DNA from: Octopus sinensis
Lineage: Eukaryota
DNA length: 64,000 nt
Assembly (NCBI RefSeq): GCF_006345805.1
Contig: NC_042998.1
Coordinates: 87,730,001-87,794,000, forward strand
Reading direction: 5' to 3'
The notes below the pieces were generated by a model. It saw only the letters and a program-made list of their open reading frames with translations. It was not told the DNA's origin and ran no database searches. Positions within the stretch are counted from its first letter, which is position 1. Every line of letters begins with the position of its first letter. The translations under genes and the position numbers were made by a program. Below are positions 54,198 to 64,000 of the stretch, piece after piece.

Positions 54198-54762
54198 TTA
54201 TTATTATTACAATTATTATTATTTATTGTCTTCGCACAGCTTCTAATGCTGGAGATGTACTACGGTGTCAGCTGTTCACTACCAGTGAACTAAGGTAACA
54301 CCCCTTGTTTTTCGAGCGCCATCCAGAGTTATCGAGCGGTTCCAAGAAGTGCTGCTTTTTGCAAGTGTTCCACCCTTATTACAGCCCCTATTTGTTCCAT
54401 GTACTTCTCAAGATTTTTACTCACTGTTCCCAGGGCCTCGACAATTATTGGTACTACTACCACCTTTTTCCTCAACCGCAACTGCTTAAACTCTCAAGCT
54501 AACCTGTCATAACTATCGACTTTTCTTTCTTCTTTATTGTATATCTTGTTGTCAGCTGGGCATGCTATATCTATGATCCAGCATCGTTTATTTTCTTTCT
54601 CAATTAACACTATGTATGGTTTCCTATTCTCTATTCCATGGTCGCACTAAATCATAAAAATGCCATAGGATCTTTGCATTATCATTTTTGATTATGCCTT
54701 CGGGTTTATGTTCGTACCACTTTTTTGCTCTGTCAAGTCCATACTTGTTGCAAAGTGTTCTG
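54198..54762 (-). mobile_element. Dong/R4-like 3' fragment with a (TAA)n tail
   Basis: Minus strand across frameshifts: LCNKYGLDRAKKWYEHKPEG...ILW, RKPYIVLIEKENKRCWIIDIACPADN, VVVVPIIV, NLEKYMEQIG, LQKAALLGTAR. Confidence 0.9.
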
Positions 54763-54785
54763 CTTCTTCTTCTTCTCTTCTTCTT

Positions 54786-54851
<66 letters not shown>

Positions 54852-55763
54852 GTAGAATCGTTAACGTGTCGGAGAAAATGCTATGCCGTATTTCTTTTGG
54901 GCCTTCATATTTTGAGTTCAAATACTGCAAATGTCAGCTGTGCCGTTCATCTATCCAGTGTTAATAAATTAAAGTACCAGGGAAGTACAGAACTCGACTG
55001 ACACCAAAAATTACTGGCCTTGTGCTTAAATTTGGAATCAATAATTGCTGTTGCTGATTTTAAGGGCAGTGGATTGGCAGAGCTGTTGGAGCTTCTGAAA
55101 AAATACGTTGTGATATCTCTTCCGGCACTTTAAGTTTTGAGTGCAAGTCCGCCGATGTCGACATTGTCTTTCATCTCTTGGGGGTCAATAAAATAAGTAC
55201 CAGCTGAATATTTTTGTCGATGTAATTGACTGACGCCTAAAATGCCAGGCATTGTATAAGAGAAAGGAGTATCTTTATTATTGTTGTTGTTGTTATTAAG
55301 GCGGCGCTGCTGCTGTTGTTGTTGTTGTTATGGCAGCGAGCTGGTAGAATCGTTAGCATGCCGGGCGAAGTGCTTGGCGGTATTTCGTCTGTCTTTGCGT
55401 TCTGAATTCAAATTCCACCGAGGGGTCGATAAATTAAGCACCAGTTGCGTACTGGGGTCAATGTAATCGACTGGCCCCACTCCCCCAAAATTTCAGGCCT
55501 TGTGCTTAGAGTAGAAAAGATTATTATTATTATTATTATTGCTGTTTAGGCGACGAGCTGGCAGAATCTTTAACACACCGGGCAAAATGCATCGCTGCAT
55601 TTCGTCTAGGTTTGCGTTCGGAGTTCAAATGCCACCATGATCGACTTTGCCTTTCATATTTTTCGGGGTTGATAACTTAGTAGCTGGGAAACACTGGGGT
55701 CGATGCAATCGACTGGTCCCTTCCCTCCAAAATTTCAGGCCTTGTGCCTTTTGGAGAAAGGAA

Positions 55764-55765
<2 letters not shown>
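54852..55765 (+). mobile_element. Four tandem SINE family B copies separated by (TTA/TTG)n
   Basis: Copies at ~54852-55045, 55060-55268, 55331-55520 and 55547-55762, all on the + strand. Confidence 0.85.
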
Positions 55766-55794
<29 letters not shown>

Positions 55795-56098
55795 GACGAC
55801 TTGGAGCGAACAGTAGAATGCTGAAGTAATTGCCTTACAATTATTTCCCCAACCCTAGTCCACTTACTTTCTAAGATCAAAAGAGTGTGACTTCGCTGTT
55901 TAGCCCTTAGAAATCAATAAAATAGATAATGATCACGTAATAGGGCCGATTAAATAGATTATACACTCACTCAGAAATGTATTAGTCGTGTGCTGGTAGA
56001 AATAATCACTATGTTTAATATAGGCGGCTGATAACTGAATAGACTGTGAGCGTTAATCATTGCTCGTGCGATATTCTGAGTAAAGTTAACGTAGAGTT

Positions 56099-56133
<35 letters not shown>

Positions 56134-56267
56134 CAGATGCTCATACACATGTGTATACGCTAACGCATGCCCAAAGAGGTGGACCTATCTTCTCATCTTT
56201 ATTTTCATCTTGCTTCTCTAAGCGTCCACTCTTTGGATAATTAGCACACTTCATGTATATATATATA

Positions 56268-56340
<73 letters not shown>

Positions 56341-56359
56341 GTACGTATGTATGTATGTA

Positions 56360-56398
<39 letters not shown>

Positions 56399-57441
56399 TG
56401 TGTGTATATATATGTGTGTATATTGTGTATGCCGACTGTGGTGGTGGTTGTGGTGGTGGTGGTGGTGGTGGTGGTGGCTATGGTGGCGTCAGCGACGACG
56501 ACGACTGCGATGATATAGACATCAATATAAACAACATCAGTCGAAACAATCGCAATGACAGCAACGATAACAAGAACTACAAACAACAACAATAAAAACA
56601 ACAGCAACAACACCAAGAATGATACAAACACCTACGATTTTCGTGCAATCTCTCTGCGATCTACCAACAAAATAGCGTGGGCGGGAATCGAGACGTAAGG
56701 AAAGCAACACTTGCTTATTCGTGTATACACACACACACACACACATACATACATACATACATACATACATACATACATACATACATACATACATACATAC
56801 ATACACACTGAACACATGCATATATATATATATGCATATGCAAATGTATAATTATGTGAGCGTACGTGCATGCGTGCATGTTTGATTGAGTGAAAGCGAC
56901 AGAAAGAGAGAAGGAGAGAGAGAGGCAGACAGATGGATAGAGACAGAGACAGAGATAGACACAGATAAGCCGACAGACAGACAGACCAAGGGGGAAGGGA
57001 GAGACGTAAGGGGACTAAAATCGAAATGAAAACCGGGAAAAACGCCTTGTCTAGCAGTAGCAGAACAAACTAGTTCTTTTTTTGTTTTTGCCTGTCTGGA
57101 GTAGTTGCAGCTGCACTGTTTGATGTAGGTATGGACATGGAAAAGATGAGGCTGGGAAAGGCATACTAGAATGAAAACCAATGGAATAGGATTTTTCCGA
57201 ACAGCATCAATGCAACCCGGTTCCACTGGGTGCGTAGCAGTTTCGATACTATCAGTTGGTGGCGAAATCATAGCAGTATCGTAGTGGTCACTAGTCAACA
57301 CATGAAGAGAATGGCGTACATTACAAGGTATATGTAAAGCACACGCACACACACTAAATGTAGTCATATGTATGTATGATTGTATATGTATATGTATATT
57401 TGTGCATATACATACACACACATACATACATACAAATATGT

Positions 57442-57678
57442 ATTTCTTTATTGCCCACAAGGGGCTAAACATAGAGGGGACAAACAAGGACATACAAAGG
57501 GATTAAATCAATTAGATCGAACCCCAGTGCGAAACTGGTACTTTATTTTATCGACCCCGAAAGGATGAAAGAAAAAAGTCTACCTCGGCGGAATTTGAAC
57601 TCAGAACGTAACGACAGACGAAATACCGCTAAGCATTTCGCCCGGCGTGCTAACGTGTCTGCCAGCTCGCCGCCTTAA
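57442..57678 (-). mobile_element. Little-diverged SINE family B with an alternative 3' tail
   Basis: Head and body nearly identical to 28262-28478, but the tail is ...cccctctatgtttagccccttgtgggcaataaagaaata. Confidence 0.9.
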
Positions 57679-58424
57679 TATACATACAAATATGGTCTAT
57701 GTAATGTATACGTGTACTGCAAAGAATAAGAGAATAAAATACCACGTGTACAGTGAACTTCAATTCGGGAACTCAGTATACCCCAGCGACTGTCTGTTTC
57801 TTCTTGCGAAACTTTAGACTGTGATATTAAATGGGAGAGTTTGGCTATATAAGAGAAATTGTATTTTTCTCCGAAGTACTATGTAAGTGATAATTTATAG
57901 TGGGAGTTAGTTTGGGGGAGCAATTAATCGGCCGTTTTTCAGAATCTGTAGGGATGTTGTGTAACCTGGGTCGTGTATTTGATGAAAGTTGTAGGTTCCT
58001 GTGTAGGCATTAGAGATAGTGGGTCGAGTACACAAATATTTGGCGATATAGATGAACGCCGGGAGATAAGTGACTGAGGATATGTGTTTATTCTTGGAGT
58101 AAGTTTATCATATATCCATCGGGGTAATAGTGTGAGGGTGTAGTTGTGTGGTTGTCTGAGTGCAAGTGTGTGCATTGGCATAGCGTGGGTTTTGTCCGGT
58201 AGCTAAATTGGCCGCCCCCTTCTTTACATGTGTCGCACCTACGACTGCAGCAGACACACGTATATATAGTGTGAATTCGCAAGCGGGTACAGCCCACGTT
58301 ATGAGACTGTGTGTATGCGTGTGTGTGTTTGTATGTGGAAAAGCTATGGAGGGAACGCAGATCTTTAGATATGCTAATAGACAAAGGTGGCTGGTCACAC
58401 AGATAGACAGAGAGACAAACAGAC

Positions 58425-58504
<80 letters not shown>

Positions 58505-59474
58505 CGACCGCTAAAAAGACAAATATTAAGACGTACATGATTAGTGGAATGTGTACAGAGAAAATATTAAGTAATAAAGCATTATGAGATAAAGCATATG
58601 TGTAAAGTCACAACAGCGAAATGTCAGAGTAATCAATTTATCTTTTTTTAAATTGTAGTTAAGGGAGGTATGCAAATATTAGAATTAGAGGCGTGGGCGT
58701 AAGTGATTGTTTGGGCGTATAGTAGAGTAAATATTAGTGCGTGTGTGTGTGTGTATGTGTGTGTGTACGTACATATATACATTTACACATTTAAACGTTC
58801 ACATGCATACATACACATACTCACACATACACACTCACACGCACGCACACACCCACGCGCACACACACACATACACACACACACATTTATGTATACACGC
58901 ACACACATAATGCGTGTATGCATAAGTTTTTATATGAAGGTGCGCGGTCTTGTAGTTAATGTACTTAACTCACTCTCATAAAAACGAAGGGCTTATTTCC
59001 CGGATAGGGAAGCGTGTTGTGTATTTGAACACAGTACTTCATTTCATGATGTTCCATTGTTCTCAGATGCGGCATTCTTCAACCCTGGGTCTAGATTGAG
59101 ATGACCGAAAGGATGTCAATGTCTCCTCACGGTTACACAGGCTCCGAAACCTAGCTATTAGTTCATTGAAATCGCTTCTTAGTGACGGCTACGCCGATTG
59201 TCACGTTGTAAGATCTATATCCCACCCTTCCTCTCGCTCTTTGTATTCCGCGTTTTTTCTTTGACATATAGTTTCTTTTCTTTTGTTTTCACATTTGTAG
59301 CAATCATCCATGGTATTAAGGTTATTGTTGCGATGTATAGATTTACTTTCCTTGTGTTGTGTGTGTGTGTGTGTTTGTATGTATGTGTGTGCGTGTGTCT
59401 GTGTGTGTGTCTATTGTAAACAAGCTTATAAGCGCCGCGTAAGTTGGTATTCTACAGGAAATAACAAAATAAAG

Positions 59475-59728
59475 GAATTCACGAACGCAAAAGGCTCTGA
59501 AAACATCTTAGCAGATGGAAAAGAAGTGGCCAGAAAGCCTCCACAGGGATTTGAACCCTTTACCTCTCAAATTCCGACTGAGCGCTCTGAACCACTGAGC
59601 TAAGTAACCCTTGAGAGTTATAGGGTTCGATTTCCTGTGGAGGGTTGCCGGCCGCTTTTTTTCTTCGTCTTCTCTAGGGTATTTACCCGATTTTCGAAAC
59701 TGCCTTCACAACCTCCTGCACTCGCGAA

Positions 59729-59731
<3 letters not shown>
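59475..59731. mobile_element. Palindromic element built from head-to-head tRNA-like sequences
   Basis: GAATTC at both ends; inverted similarity along both arms. The minus strand 59610-59538 carries an A box (TAGCTCAGTGG) and a B box (GGTTCAAATCCC), but the acceptor stem does not pair. Confidence 0.65.
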
Positions 59732-59805
<74 letters not shown>

Positions 59806-59814
59806 CATATATAC

Positions 59815-59850
<36 letters not shown>

Positions 59851-59921
59851 GGGTCCGGGTTGATTCGGGGTTAACCACAGTAAATAAGGTACTCAATACA
59901 TAGCAGAGTAAAATTAATTTA

Positions 59922-61892
59922 TTATATAGAAGGAGCTTCTAGTAGTTTCCCACTTGGTCTTGAAGGGGATGGAATTCCTTTTAAGGTACCAGATGTGGGC
60001 GGCGAGGTAGTTTGGTTGGATTTATCCTGTCGCCGGAACGAGTGTGTGTGTGCGTACCAACGGGTCTTAAAGCTGTTTGACGTCATTCCTATGTAGGATT
60101 TTCTTTTATCGTCAGGGCCTGATCTTACCTCGCATGTATATACTAGGTCCCTCTGTAGGCAGTTGTTGTTGAGGGGGCAGGTAGTTTTATCAGGGCAGTT
60201 GCAATTGCTATCGGACGTTGGATGGGCCTCGGAAAAAGTAGGTATGTTAAGTTTTTTCACATTGTTGTTGGCTAGGTTCCTGGCTAGATTGGGCGTGGTA
60301 GAGTAGGAGAGTCTAATAGTGTTCTTATTTAGGATAGTGTAGTACTTATGTTGGGTGGGGAAGTGTTTATGTAGGAGAGTGAAGAAGATTTTAGCTACAG
60401 GTGTAGCGACCTCACGGTTGAAGGGGGGGTTGTACCAGCTAATGTGTCTTCGTCTATTTTTCCTAGGTTGGCGTGGGGCTATACTGGTATAGGTAATCTT
60501 ATCTTTGAAGCCACTGCGGGCCAGGGCCTCGTTGTAATAGGGGGCTGCGGCCTTAAAGATATCTTCCGTGGCGGACAGGCTAGAAATTCTAATTGAGACA
60601 CTTTTTACTAGGTTATCTAATATATTTTTGGGGTGGTTGGAATTAATATATATATTTAAGGATTCATTCGGTTTGTGGTACGGGTAATAAAGTGAGGTTT
60701 TTAAGTCGAGGGTGACATCAAGGAAGTTAGCTTTAGTTAAGTTGGATTCTAAGGTAATCCTAAGGCCTAAGTTTTTAAAGAAGGTTAAAGATTTTTCCGG
60801 AACCCATCCGTGGTCCTGGGGTTTACTTTGTGGAGGGCGAAAAGGCCGTCATCGCGGTAAAGACCACCGGAGAGGCCTGTGAATAGGGTTTTCAGCCTAT
60901 GGAGGATGAAAAGCCCACTAGGTCACTTATTTCAGCAGAGTCGTTAGCACCCATGCTGACGTCGAAGGGGGTCACAGATTTTTTGTTGATCCAGTGAGAT
61001 CCGTCATAGAAAAGAAAAGTCTTACGTGCGTGGAGTATCACATCTTGCTCGACCTCGGTGATGGTGGAAGACCTCCTGGCGAAGTTAATCGCGTCGATCA
61101 GCAAGCTCTCCGATATGGAGGCGTAGTAATCCTCGATATCCAGTTGTAGGAATCGGGTGTTGCTTTTATCAGGTAAATCCTGGAACCAGGTTATTGCCTC
61201 GGAGGTCCTATTCCAGAGTGGAAGGGGTGAAGCTTCACGCATTTTTGGTAAAATCCTGTCCAGGATCTTCTTGCTGACGGATCCGATGTCAGACTTGGTT
61301 GGGTTAATCAAACGGACCGACGGTTTATTTTCGAAATGGTCTTTGTGGTCCTTCAGGGTGAAGTGTGGGGACTTCACCCTCAGGGGTTCGGCGGTCATCG
61401 ATTTTAAGGGAGGTGGCAATCACTTTCCCGGCTAAATTGGTTTCAGTTAGCGCTGCGTCGTCTACTTTCTTGTACTTAGCTGTGATGGCGTTATCGGCTA
61501 GTCTGTTGTAGGTGTCCGGAGTCACCGCGTAAATATTTTTGTCTTGTCCGAAGGGACATGGAGGTTCTTGGAGCTTTTCATTTTCGAAGCTTCTCATTCA
61601 GTTCCGTTTGGAAAGGTAAGTTGACTCTCCTGAATTTGATGTTTTTTATCATGAGGAAGAGGTCTTCTTCAAACGGTTCAAGTAGGTGCTGTTGGTAGGA
61701 GGGGCCTTATTTGATTTGAAGCCGTACTATCATTACTGGTAGATGCTACATCAGGATGGTCGAAGAAGAACGATCTCCATCGGATTCTTTTGATGACTCA
61801 TCAGTCCGTCTAATGAGGGCTTTTTGGTACTGTTTCCTTGGTGGGATAGTAATGTTCTTCAGGGAAGTGTCGAGGTCAATTCTTGTCAGCAT
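59922..61892 (-). pseudogene. Penelope RT plus truncated GIY-YIG ORF, frameshifted as assembled
   Basis: ATG at 61892. Motifs LKDHK, VRLINPTKS, LDIEDYYASI, MGANDSAEISDLVG, YRDD (60848-60859), NFLDVTLDL, CxCx5Cx5C (60159-60203) and LVYTCEV...YIG...FKTRW. Ends LLEAPSI*. Confidence 0.9.
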
Positions 61893-62214
61893 TTTTTCTT
61901 GGTGATGGTTATAAGGGCACTAGGGTGTGCTAGGATATGTAGGTCCCGGGTTGATTCGGGGTTAACCACAGTAAATAAGGTACTCAATACATAGCAGAGT
62001 AAAATTAATTTATTATATAGAAGGAGCTTCTAGTAGTTTCCACTTGGTCTTGAAGGGGATGGAATTCCTTTTAAGGTACCAGATGTGGGCGGCGAGGGTA
62101 GTTTGGTTGGATTTATCCTGTCGCCGGAACGAGTGTGTGTGTGCGTACCAACGGGTCTTAAAGCTGTTTGACGTCATTCCTATGTAGGATTTTCTTTTAT
62201 CGTCAGGGCCTGAT

Positions 62215-63388
62215 TTCGCCAGGAGGTCTTCCACCATCACCGAGGTCGAGCAAGATGTGATACTCCACGCACGTAAGACTTTTCTTTCTATGACGGATCT
62301 CACTGATCAACAAAAATCTGTGACCCCCTTCGACGTCAGCATGGGTGCTAACGACTCTGCTGAAATAAGTGACCTAGTGGGCTTTTTCATCCTCCATAGG
62401 CTGAAAACCCTATTCACAGGCCTCTCCGGTGGTCTTTACCGCGATGACGGCCTTTTCGCCCTCCACAAAGTAAACCCCAGGACCACGGATGGGTTCCGGA
62501 AAATCTTTACACCTTCTTTAAAAAAACTTAGGCTTAGGATTACCTTAGAATCCAACTTAACTAAAGCTAACTTCCTTGATGTCACCCTCGACTTAAAACC
62601 TCACTTTATTACCCGTACCACAAACCGAATGAATCCCTTAAATATATAGATATTAATTCCAACCACCCCAAAAATATATTAGATAACCTAGTAAAAAGTG
62701 TCTCAATTAGAATTTCTAGCCTGTCCGCCACGGAAGATATCTTTAAGGCCGCAGCCCCCTATTACAACGAGGCCCTGGCCCGCAGTGGCTTCAAAGATAA
62801 GATTACCTATACCAGTATAGCCCCACGCCAACCTAGGAAAAATAGACGAAGACACATTAGCTGGTACAAACCCCCCCTTCAACCGTGAGGTCGCTACACC
62901 TGTAGCTAAAATCTTCTTCACTCTCCTACATAAACACTTCCCCACCCAACATAAGTACTACACTATCCTAAATAGAACACTATTAGACTCTCCTACTCTA
63001 CCACCACGCCCAATCTAGCCAGGAACCTAGCAACAACAATGTGAAAAAACTTAACATACCTACTTTTCCCGAGGCCCATCCAACGTCCGATAGCAATTGC
63101 AACTGCCCTGATAAAACTAACTACCCTGCCCCCCTCAACAACAACTGCCTACAGAGGGACCTAGTATATACATGCGAGGTAAGATCAGGCCCTGACGATA
63201 AAAGAAAATCCTACATAGGAATGACGTCAAACAGCTTTAGACCCGTTGGTACGCACACACACACTCGTTCCGGCGACAGGATAAATCCAACCAAACTACC
63301 CTCGCCGCCCACATCTGGTACCTTAAAAGGATTCCATCCCCTTCAAGACCAAGTGGAAACTACTAGAAGCTCCTTCTATATAATAAAT
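62215..63388 (+). pseudogene. Inverted partial Penelope ORF copy, mid-RT to endonuclease
   Basis: FARRSSTITEVEQD...YRDD (62437-62448)...YIG...LLEAPSI; near-identical to the minus-strand copy. Confidence 0.9.
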
Positions 63389-63398
63389 ATATATATTA

Positions 63399-63440
<42 letters not shown>

Positions 63441-63449
63441 CCATTTATT

Positions 63450-63508
63450 GTGATGCTAGTCTTCAGCCATTTTGAATTCAAATTCAAATGGCTGAAGACT
63501 AGCATCAC
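63450..63508. repeat. Near-perfect hairpin with 23-bp arms
   Basis: GTGATGCTAGTCTTCAGCCATTT ... AAATGGCTGAAGACTAGCATCAC. Confidence 0.9.
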
Positions 63509-63748
63509 GCCTGAAACCCAGAGTACCAACGAATTTGAATCAAACTGTTTTGATCCATATTTATATATATATAAACATATATTTTTCGTGAATTCTTTTT
63601 CTCGTGAATTATTTGCTCCGTATTGGAATATGTATACAGGGAGAGAAAAAGAGGAAATCAGATAGATAGTTAGTTAAATAGATCACTCAACCGATTGATC
63701 GATTGATAAATAAATAAATAAATAATAGATAGATTGATATATATATAA

Positions 63749-63825
<77 letters not shown>

Positions 63826-63839
63826 GATATATATATATA

Positions 63840-63870
<31 letters not shown>

Positions 63871-64000
63871 TAGCCTTTTGGAAATATATACCCTACGGCT
63901 ATTTCTTCATGTGGTTTCAAGTTTAGATTTTAAATTAAGAAGAATTTAAAATACATTCTATTTAATAGCATTATGCCGTACCTTTGAACAGACTTGCATC

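Larger units (their letters stand above)
59851..63388 (-). mobile_element. Penelope-like retroelement, tandem plus inverted insertion in (TA)n
   Basis: Main copy 61941-59851 (-); 273-bp upstream partial tandem (pLTR) 62214-61942 (-); inverted segment 62215-63388 (+) mirroring ~59925-61083. TA tracts on both sides. Confidence 0.95.

Noticed and set aside
56852-57493. 213-aa minus-strand ORF
   Set aside because: It runs through a SINE tail, a TG/TA repeat and a GA repeat. The middle may be an old RTE remnant on the other strand (KGILE*KPM), but that is too degraded to list.
57700-58210. Possible old Penelope GIY-YIG fragment on the minus strand
   Set aside because: Only scattered motif-like words across frames; no continuous alignment by eye.
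59538-59610. Functional tRNA gene on the minus strand
   Set aside because: The acceptor stem does not pair and the anticodon loop is non-canonical; treated as a tRNA-derived repeat.
62170-62210. CTGACGA...GAAA on the minus strand inside the Penelope pLTR as a hammerhead
   Set aside because: There is no stem II, position 17 would be G (not cleavable), and the sequence is coding (GPDDKRKSYIG).
861-63920. Most ORFs in the supplied track (poly-IY, HT, VC, YLSI, MYVC, poly-E/K/S/M)
   Set aside because: They are translations of microsatellites that lack stop codons in some frames; there is no domain content.

Overview
AT-rich animal genomic DNA saturated with microsatellites. It is probably a cephalopod (Octopus-like); this is an inference from the SINE families and repeat landscape. 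I found no host protein-coding gene I can support, and most ORFs in the track are translations of (TA)n, (CA)n, (TATC)n, (TATG)n, (CAT)n or (GAA)n tracts. Identifiable content: a young Penelope-like element (RT plus GIY-YIG) inserted as a tandem/inverted complex in a (TA)n tract (59851-63388); a full-length decayed mariner; an internally deleted Tc1/mariner-superfamily element; a hAT element with an 8-bp TSD; several MITE-like palindromes; fragments of Dong/R4, RTE and L1/Tx1 LINEs; and many tRNA-derived SINEs. The main discovery is a set of hammerhead-ribozyme (HHR) motifs. One lies in a highly self-complementary ~359-nt unit with a 68-bp terminal redundancy (41238-42199), a candidate non-LTR retrozyme, and is interrupted by a Tx1 fragment with a 17-bp TSD. 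Three more near-complete type I HHRs (139-195, 43487-43549, 48081-48126) and several decayed ones look like remnants of Penelope termini. All folds and alignments were done by eye.
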